Source: Promethearchaeota archaeon (GTDB lineage Archaea; Asgardarchaeota; Lokiarchaeia; Sigyniarchaeales; SOKP01). From it: a stretch of 64,000 nucleotides of DNA. This document shows, piece after piece, positions 18,778 through 29,218 of this stretch. The notes below the pieces were generated by a model. That model made no database searches and was not told the origin of the DNA. It worked only from the letters and a program-made list of their open reading frames with translations. Position 1 is the first letter of the stretch, and the number at the start of each line of letters is the position of its first letter. The position numbers and the translations under genes were made by a program. The DNA lies in assembly GCA_048938895.1 (NCBI GenBank), contig JBHLLU010000001.1, forward strand, positions 121,937-185,936, in the 5' to 3' direction.

Positions 18778-18964
18778 AATTATATCACTTAAATTTTTAA
18801 AAATTTTTTTACTGTATGGAATTAAACTTTAACTTTAAATATTTCATATTATGAAGAACAAATCCCTTGATCTTCTTCTCTTCTATTCTTGAATTGTATT
18901 AAAACATCTTAAATTGTACAAGAATTCCAATTTTGAATTAAGAAATATAAAAAAAAAGAAAAGA

Positions 18965-20242
18965 TTATGCATCAAGATTTTCTATTATTGTTGCTACTCC
19001 TTGACCGCCCCCAACACAGGCGTTTGCTACACCATACTTAGCTTTTTTATCTTTTAGGATCCTTGCTAATGTTCCTGTAAGACGAATCATTGTGGATCCT
19101 AATGGGTGACCAATCGCAGTTGAGCCTCCCATAATATTAACTTTTTCCCATGGTAGATTAAATTTATCCATACAGTTCAATGTTACAATACAGAATGCTT
19201 CATTGATTTCCCAATAATCAATATCCTCAGCAGACATTCCAGCAACTTTTAAAGCTCGTTCTGTGGCAGGAACTGGACCTCGTCCCATTGTTGTAGGATC
19301 TACTCCTGCCCACCCTATTGATACAATTCTTGCCATTGGTTCAAGACCTCTCTTCTTTGCCTCTTCAGCTTCCATTAAAACTGCTGTCGTAGCTCCTGCA
19401 TTCAGTGGCGAGGAATTTCCTACAGTAATTACACCTTGATCGGTTCCTTCTCTCTTTTCATACCCTTCTTTCCCTCCATTCTTTTCTAAATAAAACGGAC
19501 GGGATAATCTTGGTAGTTTTGCGTGCCCTTCCATACTTGAGAGTCTCGCATTCATATCTCTATCTACCATTATTTTTTCTTCTACATTACCTTCAGCATG
19601 ACCGGGGATTGGTATAATTTCACCTTTGAGCCAACCTTCTTCGTAACTTTTAACGGTTAAATTATGGCTTCTTACTCCAAATTTATCCAAGTCTTCTTTT
19701 GTAAATGTTGGTACTTCTTCTTCATATAACTTCTGAGCTGTTTGGAGCATGTTGAAGGTTGTTTGTAGATCAAGATCAGGACGATAAAATATGCTATTTT
19801 TATCAGCCATCTTCATATTTGGGCTAGTTCCAGTACCTCTGCCACGACCCATATGTTCAAATCCATTAGCTAAAACACATTTTGAATTTCCAGTCATAAT
19901 TTCCATAATTCCTACATGCATACCAGAACCTGCTGAACCACACTGTCTATCTATGAAGAATGCAGGTACGGTTACTGGAAATCCTGCCATAAAGATGGGA
20001 AGTCTTCCTCCATAAGTCCAGCCTTCATTCACTCCTGCTGCAACCCCAACAGAAGCTTCTTCGATATCCTTTTTTTCTATGCCTTTATCTGCTAATTTGT
20101 CATCAAAAAACTTCATTAATAACTGGGCTAACAATTCATCTCCTCTAGTATCACCAAAAACGTCTCTCTCTGGTGTTCTAGGTCTACATCGAGAAAATGC
20201 TGTACGGGCATAATCAATTAACCAAACTTCTTTTAAATCCAA
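18965..20242 (-). CDS. acetyl-CoA C-acyltransferase (thiolase), intact
   Basis: DRQCGS, NEAF, GHPLG, ACVGGGQG; TTG start. Confidence 0.92.
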   Translation of the reverse strand: MDLKEVWLIDYARTAFSRCRPRTPERDVFGDTRGDELLAQLLMKFFDDKLADKGIEKKDIEEASVGVAAGVNEGWTYGGRLPIFMAGFPVTVPAFFIDRQCGSAGSGMHVGIMEIMTGNSKCVLANGFEHMGRGRGTGTSPNMKMADKNSIFYRPDLDLQTTFNMLQTAQKLYEEEVPTFTKEDLDKFGVRSHNLTVKSYEEGWLKGEIIPIPGHAEGNVEEKIMVDRDMNARLSSMEGHAKLPRLSRPFYLEKNGGKEGYEKREGTDQGVITVGNSSPLNAGATTAVLMEAEEAKKRGLEPMARIVSIGWAGVDPTTMGRGPVPATERALKVAGMSAEDIDYWEINEAFCIVTLNCMDKFNLPWEKVNIMGGSTAIGHPLGSTMIRLTGTLARILKDKKAKYGVANACVGGGQGVATIIENLDA

Positions 20243-20477
20243 TATATTTTCACTTTTTTGTATAAGTTTTTTTTACTTGAAATTTTTAATTACCATTTAA
20301 AATTAAGGATGCTATTTTAAGAATTTTAATTTACATAATTAATTTAGATATTTTTAATTTGTAAAATTAGATTTTATTAAGAGCCCACTTTACTGTTGTA
20401 CTGCTAAAAAATTGGAGTGAAAAAGTATTTATATACCAAAGACTATACCTTTCTATTATTTGTTGGTGAAAATATAA

Positions 20478-21281
20478 TTGAATAAATGGAATAGTGAACA
20501 GAAAAATCACAAATCTGGTTTTTTTCATCGAGAAAAACCTCGAATCCCTCCACTAGGAGAAATAAATTTTATTAAAGAAGTATTTCAATTTCGAAGCGCT
20601 ATGGAAAAATTAGAATATCCTAATGAAGAGGATGTTGAATCTAAATGGGAGAGTGAAATGCATTCACTTGTGCAATGGTTAAAATCTTATCATGATAACA
20701 TTATTGAAGATTTATCTTCTTTTCTTAAACTGGAAAATGAAAGTCTAAATGTCAATTCAATAAATTCAACTATGGGGGAAGATTCTATTAAATTATTTAT
20801 TCGAGAAAATGTTACAATTTTTAACATTATAGCTACTATGATGAATTACAGAAAATTACGGTTGAAATGGGTATTAATGGCAAGTCATGTTACCTATGAT
20901 TCTTCTCTTCCTCCAAGGGATAAAGAGATTTTAATTCTAAGGATAGCATGGCTCTGTGGATCTCACTATGAATGGAATCATCATGTACTTGTCGGAAAGC
21001 GAGTGGGGCTCTCAGAAGAAGAAATAAAAAGCATAAAAACTGGATCAAAAGCCCAAGGATGGGATAATTTTGATAAATTGCTGTTAAACTCCGTTGATGA
21101 ATTATATGAAAATAGAATTCTATCCGATACTACTTGGTTAGGTTTATCTAAAAAGTATGATGAAAAACAACTTATGGATTTAATTTTTGTTGTCGGTGCT
21201 TATAATATGCTGGCGATGTTCATGAATTCCATCGGATTTAAAACTGAAGAATGTGTAGAAGAACAATTGAAAGAGATTTAA
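20478..21281 (+). CDS. carboxymuconolactone decarboxylase / AhpD-like family protein with N-terminal insertion
   Basis: PRIPPL, then LPPRDKEILILRIAWLCGSHYEWNHH, GLSEEEI, VGAYNML. Confidence 0.8.
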   Translation: MNKWNSEQKNHKSGFFHREKPRIPPLGEINFIKEVFQFRSAMEKLEYPNEEDVESKWESEMHSLVQWLKSYHDNIIEDLSSFLKLENESLNVNSINSTMGEDSIKLFIRENVTIFNIIATMMNYRKLRLKWVLMASHVTYDSSLPPRDKEILILRIAWLCGSHYEWNHHVLVGKRVGLSEEEIKSIKTGSKAQGWDNFDKLLLNSVDELYENRILSDTTWLGLSKKYDEKQLMDLIFVVGAYNMLAMFMNSIGFKTEECVEEQLKEI

Positions 21282-21310
21282 AAAACTAAAGTAAAAACTT
21301 CAAGTTATTT

Positions 21311-22552
21311 TTATAACCAATATACTAATATAAATCCAATTAATGGAAATATTGCAGCAAGAGGTAAGGTCAAGGTATAAGAAAACAGGATCCAAAGGAA
21401 CGCGAAAACTTGATAAGAAATAATCTTTGCTACTTGAATATCTGTAACCCAGAGACCCATATAAAATGCTCTATCCATTGGTGCTCGATTAATAATATAT
21501 TTAACGGCACCTGTATAGATACAAGACCATCCAAATCCCAATAGAATTTGCCCTAATATAAATATGAAAAGGTTTCCTGTTGCTGAACCTCCCGCATAAC
21601 ATAATAATGTTAAAGCTGATAAAATGAAACCAATAGCCATCAATATCTTTTCTGAAATTTTAGGATTATCAACAAGCCTACCATTAATCACCATCGCTAT
21701 TATCTGTAAAATTGGATTAAGAGCAATTATAATACCTGCTGTGCTTGTAGAGAAACCTGTATCAGTTATAATATTTATCAATATTTGGACGAATGGAATT
21801 AATCCAAATTGACGGAAAAATACTGTAATAAAGAGTAAAGATTTTACTTTTACTCGTTTTCTAGTTGGTTCTTGAATCTTACCTTCTTCTAATACTAAAT
21901 GATCTTTTTGTATATCTTTTACAGGTATTGCAAATAATAGTGAAATAGTAGTCGCAATAATTAAAAAGATGACTAATGAATTGATTCCAAAAACGCCTAT
22001 CATAAAACTCGAACCGAGTACACCAATAGCAAAACCTGTACTCCTAATAGTACTAAATAGAGATAATTGAACCCCACTAACCTCGAATGATTCCAAATTA
22101 AGGAGTAATTCTTTCCTCTTATTTTCTTTTTCTACAATATCAGCAAATAATGCATTTGATGTTGGCAAAAATATACCTAAAAATGCCCCCCTCATAAAAT
22201 TTAATATACAGTGATATATGATATGATCACTTAGATATAATAGTAAAAAGACAATTATTGAAGCAAAGATACTAGAAATAAATAATAGCTTCCTACGACC
22301 TGTTTTATCACTTATTCTTCCTAAAAGCCATGAAAAAAGCGCCATTCCTACCCCCATCCAAGTCATTGTAAATAAAATAGTTCCATCAGAAAAGCCTTTA
22401 GATTCTAGAAACTTGGGTAAGAAAGCAAAATAAGCATATCCTCCAATTCCTTCAAAGAACACAGCAATAGTGAGAGAAAATTTATTTACAAGAGACTTTT
22501 GTTCTTCAGATTTCAATCGGATTCGGATTGTTTTCATAGCCTTAAAAAACAA
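21311..22552 (-). CDS. MFS transporter
   Basis: About 12 hydrophobic segments, motif A GRISDKTGRR and second-half GRLVD; start may be the ATG at 22537. Confidence 0.88.
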   Translation of the reverse strand: MFFKAMKTIRIRLKSEEQKSLVNKFSLTIAVFFEGIGGYAYFAFLPKFLESKGFSDGTILFTMTWMGVGMALFSWLLGRISDKTGRRKLLFISSIFASIIVFLLLYLSDHIIYHCILNFMRGAFLGIFLPTSNALFADIVEKENKRKELLLNLESFEVSGVQLSLFSTIRSTGFAIGVLGSSFMIGVFGINSLVIFLIIATTISLLFAIPVKDIQKDHLVLEEGKIQEPTRKRVKVKSLLFITVFFRQFGLIPFVQILINIITDTGFSTSTAGIIIALNPILQIIAMVINGRLVDNPKISEKILMAIGFILSALTLLCYAGGSATGNLFIFILGQILLGFGWSCIYTGAVKYIINRAPMDRAFYMGLWVTDIQVAKIISYQVFAFLWILFSYTLTLPLAAIFPLIGFILVYWL

Positions 22553-22668
22553 ATAATTTGTTTGTGCTGATTTGATATAAATTGAATCAATAAATTAAAA
22601 AAGCTAAAAAAAGGTTTTCAGATAACTATATCTCAATAAAAAAAAGAAAAAAGGAATAAGATTAATTC

Positions 22669-23511
22669 TTATTTTCCTTCAAACTTCGGTTCTCTTTTTT
22701 CATTAAATGCTCTTACTCCCTCTGCTGAATCTTTAGTAGATGTATTCAATGCATATCCCCAATGTTCAAACTGCAATCCTACATTCAAAGGTACTTGGGT
22801 GCCGAAATTTATACACTTCTTAATAACATACAGGCTGTTCGTCGCTGCATTTCCCAGCCAAGATGCCTTTTCGTGAACAAATTCTTCAAATTTATCGTCG
22901 TCGACTAAAAATGAGATAAAACCCCATTCATTCATCAATTCTGCGCTTAAATGTTCTCCAAAATACATCATTCTATTCACTCGCATTTTTCCTATATGTC
23001 TCGCCATTCGCTGTGTCCCTCCATTGCCAGGAAAAATACCCCTTTTAATTTCAGGGAAACCAAATTGTGATCTTTTTGATGCTATCACAATATCACAAAC
23101 CAAAACTAATTCTAGACCTCCTCCTAAAGCATATCCATCAACAGCAGCGATCAAAGGTTTTGGAAATTCTTCAATCAAATCATAATATTTATGTCTTAAA
23201 TACATTGCATGGCCACGGTGCCTAATGTTATCCATATCCAGGGGTACACTTCGATCACCTCGAGCAGAAAGATCGGCACCTGCAGAAAACGCACGTTTCT
23301 TGGTAAAATCTTTTGTTCCTCTCAAGACAACACATCTAACACTTGGATCTACTTCTACGGATTCTAGAGCTTTAGCAATTTCATACAATGTTTTATTTTG
23401 AAGAGCATTTAGCTTATCTGGGCGATTAATTGACAGTACCGCATAATTTCCCTCCTTAACTTTTTCAATTTTTACGTGTTCAAATTCATTTAATTCAGAC
23501 ATTATTTTCAC
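22669..23511 (-). CDS. enoyl-CoA hydratase (canonical crotonase)
   Basis: NRPDKLNA, FSAGADL, GGGLEL and FPEIKRGIFPG (both catalytic Glu present). Confidence 0.9.
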   Translation of the reverse strand: MKIMSELNEFEHVKIEKVKEGNYAVLSINRPDKLNALQNKTLYEIAKALESVEVDPSVRCVVLRGTKDFTKKRAFSAGADLSARGDRSVPLDMDNIRHRGHAMYLRHKYYDLIEEFPKPLIAAVDGYALGGGLELVLVCDIVIASKRSQFGFPEIKRGIFPGNGGTQRMARHIGKMRVNRMMYFGEHLSAELMNEWGFISFLVDDDKFEEFVHEKASWLGNAATNSLYVIKKCINFGTQVPLNVGLQFEHWGYALNTSTKDSAEGVRAFNEKREPKFEGK

Positions 23512-23613
23512 CTTATTATTTATTTTTTATATTCTTAGTATGTTGTTATTGTTAAAGTTACTGAAAATAGAATTTTATAGATGTAAATAGATTGTTTTAT
23601 CAGTTTGACCTTA

Positions 23614-24495
23614 TTACTTCTTAGGCTTCAAAATCCATGTTTCCCTAGTTTTTTTTTGACTTTTTAATTCATTCAATCTATCTCGCGGAAAATTTGCTAA
23701 ATATTTTATAGAACTTAATTGACTAGAGAGTAGATCAATTCGCTTATATAAACTAAAACCATGATTTTCAAAAAAAGTTTCAGCTGATTTAAAATTCTCA
23801 AATTTATTTTCCTCTACTTGGTGGTTTGCTAAAAATCGTTTTCCTTTCTCTTCATAAAAACCATCTGTGATTGAATCCTGAGTTTCTTTCTTTATATAGA
23901 TATCTGCAGTAATCCAATAACCACCCCTTTCTTTTAATAAATCATAGATAATTGAACACACCTTTTTCTTTTGATCATCATTAAGATAAACCAGTAATCC
24001 TTCATTCAATATTGCTATAGGACCACTTGGAAAGTGTGTAATTATTTCAGAAAAAGCATTTCTATCTAAAGCATTCAATATTTGCAGAGATAAATTATCT
24101 ATTGGATAATTACAAAACTTTCTGGTTAATTCAATTAAAATAGCCTTCTTTTTTTCAATAATTTCATGTAGGTCTGTATCTATGTAAAAAACTTCGGGAT
24201 CTTTACACATACTTAACCCGCGAAAAGAAAACCCAGAAGATAATTCAATAACATTTTTTATTCCAGTTTCTCTTAAAGCATTATCAATAGATAGATACCT
24301 CTTTTCAAAATGAAGAAGTCTCCTAATGAAACCTATTGATGACAATTTTTCCTGTGTAAGTAGTATACTCTCATCGCCCCAAATCATACCAGCAGCTTCT
24401 TTTGCAAAAGGAATAGTCGTTAATGCTTTTGTTAAAAGGAGTGATTTGGCAGATGGGCTGATTGACTCAAAACGGGAATTTAATGATTCTTTCAT
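23614..24495 (-). CDS. putative class I SAM-dependent methyltransferase (LCM/ppm1-like)
   Basis: FEKRYLSID, VIELSSGFSFRG, YIDTDL, NEGLLVYL. Confidence 0.7.
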   Translation of the reverse strand: MKESLNSRFESISPSAKSLLLTKALTTIPFAKEAAGMIWGDESILLTQEKLSSIGFIRRLLHFEKRYLSIDNALRETGIKNVIELSSGFSFRGLSMCKDPEVFYIDTDLHEIIEKKKAILIELTRKFCNYPIDNLSLQILNALDRNAFSEIITHFPSGPIAILNEGLLVYLNDDQKKKVCSIIYDLLKERGGYWITADIYIKKETQDSITDGFYEEKGKRFLANHQVEENKFENFKSAETFFENHGFSLYKRIDLLSSQLSSIKYLANFPRDRLNELKSQKKTRETWILKPKK

Positions 24496-24575
24496 TGTGC
24501 CAAATATTAATTATACTTCAAAGAATTCTAAATTACTAAAAAAAAAGTAAATTGAATTATAAATATTAGAGATAT

Positions 24576-26075
24576 TTAAAAAATACCATCCCATGCTACT
24601 CTCTCATTTCCATAAGGATCATTCTCGATTGTAACCTCTTTATCAAAGAGTATTGTAGCTCTATTTTTTTTATCATAAGGAGGTAATTCTGGAATATTTT
24701 TATGATTTGGATTCCCTGAGCGAGCGAATGCGATCCACGCATCCATCATTTGTCCTGATAATTTCTGAGTTTCTTCAGTTCTAGCTGGAGAAATTCCAAT
24801 ATCCTTATCTCCAAAAAGACCAAAAACAAAAGCAAGTTCAAGAGCATGCATCGCACCATATTTTCCCCCTCCTAAAGGACTCTGCCAAGTGAAAAGATAC
24901 ATATAAACGTTCTTTTGATATTTAGATTGAGCTTCAGCAAGACGAATAGAAGGTATCCGAAACGTATAATCTGTTGAAATTGCATCTGCAATATCCCTTG
25001 GGGTTTTTCTTGATTCCCGATAGTTCTCTATTAACTCTTTACCTTTACTTTCTTTCTGATTTGCAATTCGCATAAATGAATTTATATATTTATATAATCC
25101 TTCCTCTGTCAGCTCAAAAGCCTTCGGATCCCATATTAAAAATAACTTATTTTCATCCAAGTTTGTCCCGATGAATATATCAATATCTTTAGCAAATCCC
25201 TCAGATATAGCTTCTTGTGGGTGAACTGGTAGGGTACTCTTATCTACGACTGGTCCTACTCTTATTCCTCTTGCTTGGAATCCGTTTGTTTCCGTCTGAG
25301 GTACAATAAATCTTTCCGCTGGTAGTTTCCGTAATGCTTCTATATCTCCTTTCTTAACACCTAATTTTTGAATTAAATCTTCATATACTTTAATCGCATT
25401 GACAGGATTAAAACCGAACTTATTAGCAGCTCCGGATTGGGGGATAGCTCTATGAAACAATCCCTTAGCTGAAGGTGTAGCAAGTAAGGTAGAAACCGCC
25501 ATACCACCCGCAGATTCACCAAAAATTGTGACATTATTAGGATCTCCTCCAAATGTTGAGATATTTTCTTTTACCCATTTAAGTGCTGCGACCATATCGA
25601 GTATTCCTGCATTAGCAGTCGTATCAGGCATATCTGGCATATGCAAAAACCCAAGATATCCAAGACGATAATTAATACTGACTACAACTATGTCCCCCCT
25701 AAGAACAAGTCGTGAACCATCCAAAGTAGCACCAGTCCCTGTAATAAATCCTCCACCATGAATCCAAAACATAACGGGTCTCTTATTATTATCTAATCCT
25801 TGAGTCCATACATTTAAAGTTAAACATTCAGCTTCACTTTGAGGTAATGGTTCCCCGAACATTGCTTCTAAGCGTGATTCTGGCTGAATTGAGATAGAAC
25901 TATATTTTGTTGCATCAAGTACATCACTCCAAGGCTCGACTGGAGCTGGGGCCTTGAATCGTAAATTACCTATCGGTGGTGCAGCATAAGGGATACCTTT
26001 AAATTTAATTACTCCTCTTCGACTATAACCCCTTACTTTACCATGTGTAGTTTCTACAATAATATCTTCTTCCAT
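24576..26075 (-). CDS. carboxylesterase/lipase type B (PnbA-like)
   Basis: WIHGGGF, INYRLG, FGESAGG nucleophile, GTNLDE, GAMHALEL. Confidence 0.93.
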   Translation of the reverse strand: MEEDIIVETTHGKVRGYSRRGVIKFKGIPYAAPPIGNLRFKAPAPVEPWSDVLDATKYSSISIQPESRLEAMFGEPLPQSEAECLTLNVWTQGLDNNKRPVMFWIHGGGFITGTGATLDGSRLVLRGDIVVVSINYRLGYLGFLHMPDMPDTTANAGILDMVAALKWVKENISTFGGDPNNVTIFGESAGGMAVSTLLATPSAKGLFHRAIPQSGAANKFGFNPVNAIKVYEDLIQKLGVKKGDIEALRKLPAERFIVPQTETNGFQARGIRVGPVVDKSTLPVHPQEAISEGFAKDIDIFIGTNLDENKLFLIWDPKAFELTEEGLYKYINSFMRIANQKESKGKELIENYRESRKTPRDIADAISTDYTFRIPSIRLAEAQSKYQKNVYMYLFTWQSPLGGGKYGAMHALELAFVFGLFGDKDIGISPARTEETQKLSGQMMDAWIAFARSGNPNHKNIPELPPYDKKNRATILFDKEVTIENDPYGNERVAWDGIF

Positions 26076-26151
26076 TTAAATCATCTTCCATAATTGTTAA
26101 AATAAAAAAATTGAATTTGGTTTATATTTTATATTATCAGAATTAAATATA

Positions 26152-27642
26152 CTATAAAATACCTTCCCAAGATTCCCGTTCATTTCCATAAGGATCATTA
26201 TGAATTGCAACCTCCTTGTCAAAAAGTATTGTAGCTCTTTTCTTTAAATCATAAGGAGGTAATTCTGGAATATTTTCATGATTTGGATTACCTGAACGAG
26301 CAAATGCGATCCAAGCATCCATTATTTGTTCTGATAATCTCTGAGTTTCTGCTGTTCTAGCTGGAATAAATCCTATTTCATTTCCAGGAAGACCAAATAC
26401 AAAAGCAAGTTCAAGAGCATGCATCGCTCCAAACTTCCCCTCCCCTAGAGGACTTTGCCAAGTGAAAAGATACATGTAAACATTCCTTTGGTATTTGGAT
26501 TGTGCTTCAGCAAGACGAATAGACGGTATCCGAAATGTATAATCTGTTATTATTGCATCTGCAATGTTTCTTGGGGTTTTTCTTAATTCCCGATACCTCT
26601 CTATTAACCCCTTAGCTTTGGTTTCTTTCTGTTTTGTAAACCGCATATATGCTTTTATAGTTTTATCTAATCCTTCTTCAGTAAGTCCAAAAGCTTTCGG
26701 GTTCCACATTAAAAATAATTTACTCTCATCTAAATTTGTCCCGATGAATACTTCGATATCTTTAGCAAATCCCTTAGAAATACCTTCTAGAGGGTGAACT
26801 GGTAAAATATCATTATCCACAACCGGTCCCACTCTTAATCCTCTTGCTTGGAATCCTTCCGTTCCCATTTCTGGTACAATGAAATTTTCAGCTGGAAGTT
26901 TACGTAATGCTTCTATATCACCTTTTTCAACTCCTAATTTCTGAATTAATTCTTCATACACTTTGATTGCAGAGACAGGATTAAAACCGAATTTATTCGC
27001 GGCTCCAGATTGGGCAATGGCTCTATGAAACAACCCCTTAGCTGAGGGGGTAGCAAGTAGAGTGGAAACCGCCATACCACCCGCAGATTCCCCAAATATA
27101 GTGACACTATTAGGATCTCCTCCAAATTTTAAAATATTCTCTTTTACCCATTGAAGTGCAGCGATAATATCAAGTAATCCTGCATTAGCAGTCGTATCAG
27201 GCATATCTGGCATATATAAAAAGCCAAGATATCCAAGACGATAGTTAATACTGACTACAACTACGTCCCCCCTAAGTACTAATCGTGATCCATCATAAAT
27301 AGCCCCATTTCCAGTAGTGAATCCCCCCCCATGAATCCAAAACATAACGGGTCTCTTATTATTATCTAATCCTTGAGTCCAAATATTTAAAGTTAAGCAT
27401 TCACCTTCACTCTGAGGCATTGGTTCTCTGACATCAAGACGTGAAATTGGCTGAATCGAAACAGGGCTAAATTTTGTTGCATCAAGCACATCACTCCAAG
27501 GCTCGACTGGAGCCGGGGCCTTGAATCGTAAATTACCTATCGGTGGTGAAGCATAAGGGATACCTTTAAATTTAATTACTCCTCTTCGACTATATCCCCT
27601 TACTTTACCATGTGTAGTTTCCACAATAATATCTTCTTCCAT
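26152..27642 (-). CDS. carboxylesterase/lipase type B (chimeric middle copy)
   Basis: Same motifs; N-terminus near-identical to 24576-26075, C-terminus near-identical to 27718-29217. Confidence 0.93.
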   Translation of the reverse strand: MEEDIIVETTHGKVRGYSRRGVIKFKGIPYASPPIGNLRFKAPAPVEPWSDVLDATKFSPVSIQPISRLDVREPMPQSEGECLTLNIWTQGLDNNKRPVMFWIHGGGFTTGNGAIYDGSRLVLRGDVVVVSINYRLGYLGFLYMPDMPDTTANAGLLDIIAALQWVKENILKFGGDPNSVTIFGESAGGMAVSTLLATPSAKGLFHRAIAQSGAANKFGFNPVSAIKVYEELIQKLGVEKGDIEALRKLPAENFIVPEMGTEGFQARGLRVGPVVDNDILPVHPLEGISKGFAKDIEVFIGTNLDESKLFLMWNPKAFGLTEEGLDKTIKAYMRFTKQKETKAKGLIERYRELRKTPRNIADAIITDYTFRIPSIRLAEAQSKYQRNVYMYLFTWQSPLGEGKFGAMHALELAFVFGLPGNEIGFIPARTAETQRLSEQIMDAWIAFARSGNPNHENIPELPPYDLKKRATILFDKEVAIHNDPYGNERESWEGIL

Positions 27643-27717
27643 TTAAATCATCTTCCATAATTGTTTAAATAAAAAAATGAATTAATTTTACATTTTATAA
27701 TACCAGAATTAAATATA

Positions 27718-29217
27718 CTATAAAATACCTTCCCAAGATTCCCGTTCATTTCCATAAGGATCATATTGAATTGTAACTTCCTTGTCAAAAAGTATCGTAG
27801 CCCTTTTCTCTAAATCGTATGGAAGCAACTCTGGAATATTCTCATGATTTGGATTACCTGAACGAGCAAATGCAATCCAAGCATCCATCATCTTTTCAGA
27901 TAATCCTTGGGTTTCTTCTGTTTTAAGTGGGAATATTCCTATATCCCTATCAAGTAAAATATTAAATACAAAAGCAAGTTCAAGAGCATGCATTGCCCCA
28001 AATCGTCCGCCATCTAAAGGAGTTTTCCATGTAAATAGATACATAAAAGTATTCTTTCGATGTTTCGATTGTTCTTCTGCCAAACGAATTGAGGGAACGT
28101 GAAACATAAAATCAGTAAAAATAGCATCATTAATATCGCTTGGAATTTTATAACGTTCCTCATAGGTTTCAATAATTTCCCTTGCTTTTGTTCCATTCTG
28201 TCCTGTTAATTTCAAAAGGGCTTCTATGTTTTTTAAAAGTCCTCCAGTAGTCATCTTCTCTCCTTTAGGAGCCCACATTGACCATAACTTCGTTTCATCT
28301 AAATTCGATCCAATGAATAAATCAATGTCTTTTATATAACCGTCTTTCACAGCTTCGAGGGGATTTATCGGTAATATATCCTTATCAATAACAGGTCCAG
28401 CTCTAGGATTATCAAATTGAATTATTTCAAACCTTTCTGAAACTTCAATTATTTTTTCAATAGGCATTTCACGTAAAGAATCTATATCTCTTTTTTCAAG
28501 ACCCAATCTCTGTGTTAAAATCTCATAATATTTATTGCCTCTCTCAGGATCACCACTATATTTATTCATAGCTTGAGATTGCAAAATAGCTCTTTGAAAC
28601 AGTCCTTTAGCTGAAGGCATAGCAAGTAAACAAGTTACTGCTGATCCCCCTGCTGATTCCCCGAAAATAGTAATGTTATCAGGATCTCCCCCAAATCTTG
28701 AAATATTATCTTTTACAAATTTAAGCGCTGTAACCATATCAATTAATCCCACATTCGGACTTATTTCAGGTAGATCATCTCTATAAAGGAATCCAATAAC
28801 CCCAAGACGATAATTAATACTCACAACAACAACATCTCCTCTAAGAACTAGACGTGAACCATCTAGAGCTCTACCGCTACCAGTAACAAATGCACCACCG
28901 TGAATCCAAAACATAACTGGTCTCTTATCATTATCTAATCCCTGAGTCCATATATTAAGAGTTAAACAGTTAGCTTCACTGCTTGGTAATGGTTCTGAAA
29001 ACATATTTTCTAAAGCTGAGGGTGGTTGTGGAGCGACAGGACCATATTTAGTCGCATCAAATACACCTTCCCAAGTTTTAACCGGAACTGTTGGTTTGAA
29101 TCGCAAATTACCTATCGGTGGAGTAGCATATGGGATCCCCTTAAATTTGATTACTCCTCTATTAAAATACCCTTGAACTTTTCCTTTCGTGGTTTTTACA
29201 ATAAATTTCTCTTCCAT
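27718..29217 (-). CDS. carboxylesterase/lipase type B
   Basis: WIHGGAF, FGESAGG, GSNLDE, GAMHALEL; start taken at ATG 29217 (the track uses GTG 29226). Confidence 0.93.
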   Translation of the reverse strand: MEEKFIVKTTKGKVQGYFNRGVIKFKGIPYATPPIGNLRFKPTVPVKTWEGVFDATKYGPVAPQPPSALENMFSEPLPSSEANCLTLNIWTQGLDNDKRPVMFWIHGGAFVTGSGRALDGSRLVLRGDVVVVSINYRLGVIGFLYRDDLPEISPNVGLIDMVTALKFVKDNISRFGGDPDNITIFGESAGGSAVTCLLAMPSAKGLFQRAILQSQAMNKYSGDPERGNKYYEILTQRLGLEKRDIDSLREMPIEKIIEVSERFEIIQFDNPRAGPVIDKDILPINPLEAVKDGYIKDIDLFIGSNLDETKLWSMWAPKGEKMTTGGLLKNIEALLKLTGQNGTKAREIIETYEERYKIPSDINDAIFTDFMFHVPSIRLAEEQSKHRKNTFMYLFTWKTPLDGGRFGAMHALELAFVFNILLDRDIGIFPLKTEETQGLSEKMMDAWIAFARSGNPNHENIPELLPYDLEKRATILFDKEVTIQYDPYGNERESWEGIL

Positions 29218-29218
29218 T

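Larger units (their letters stand above)
24576..29217 (-). repeat. tandem triplication of esterase genes (~1.57 kb unit) including duplicated intergenic spacers
   Basis: Spacers 26076-26151 and 27643-27717 both start ttaaatcatcttccataattgtt and end cagaattaaatata. Confidence 0.85.
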
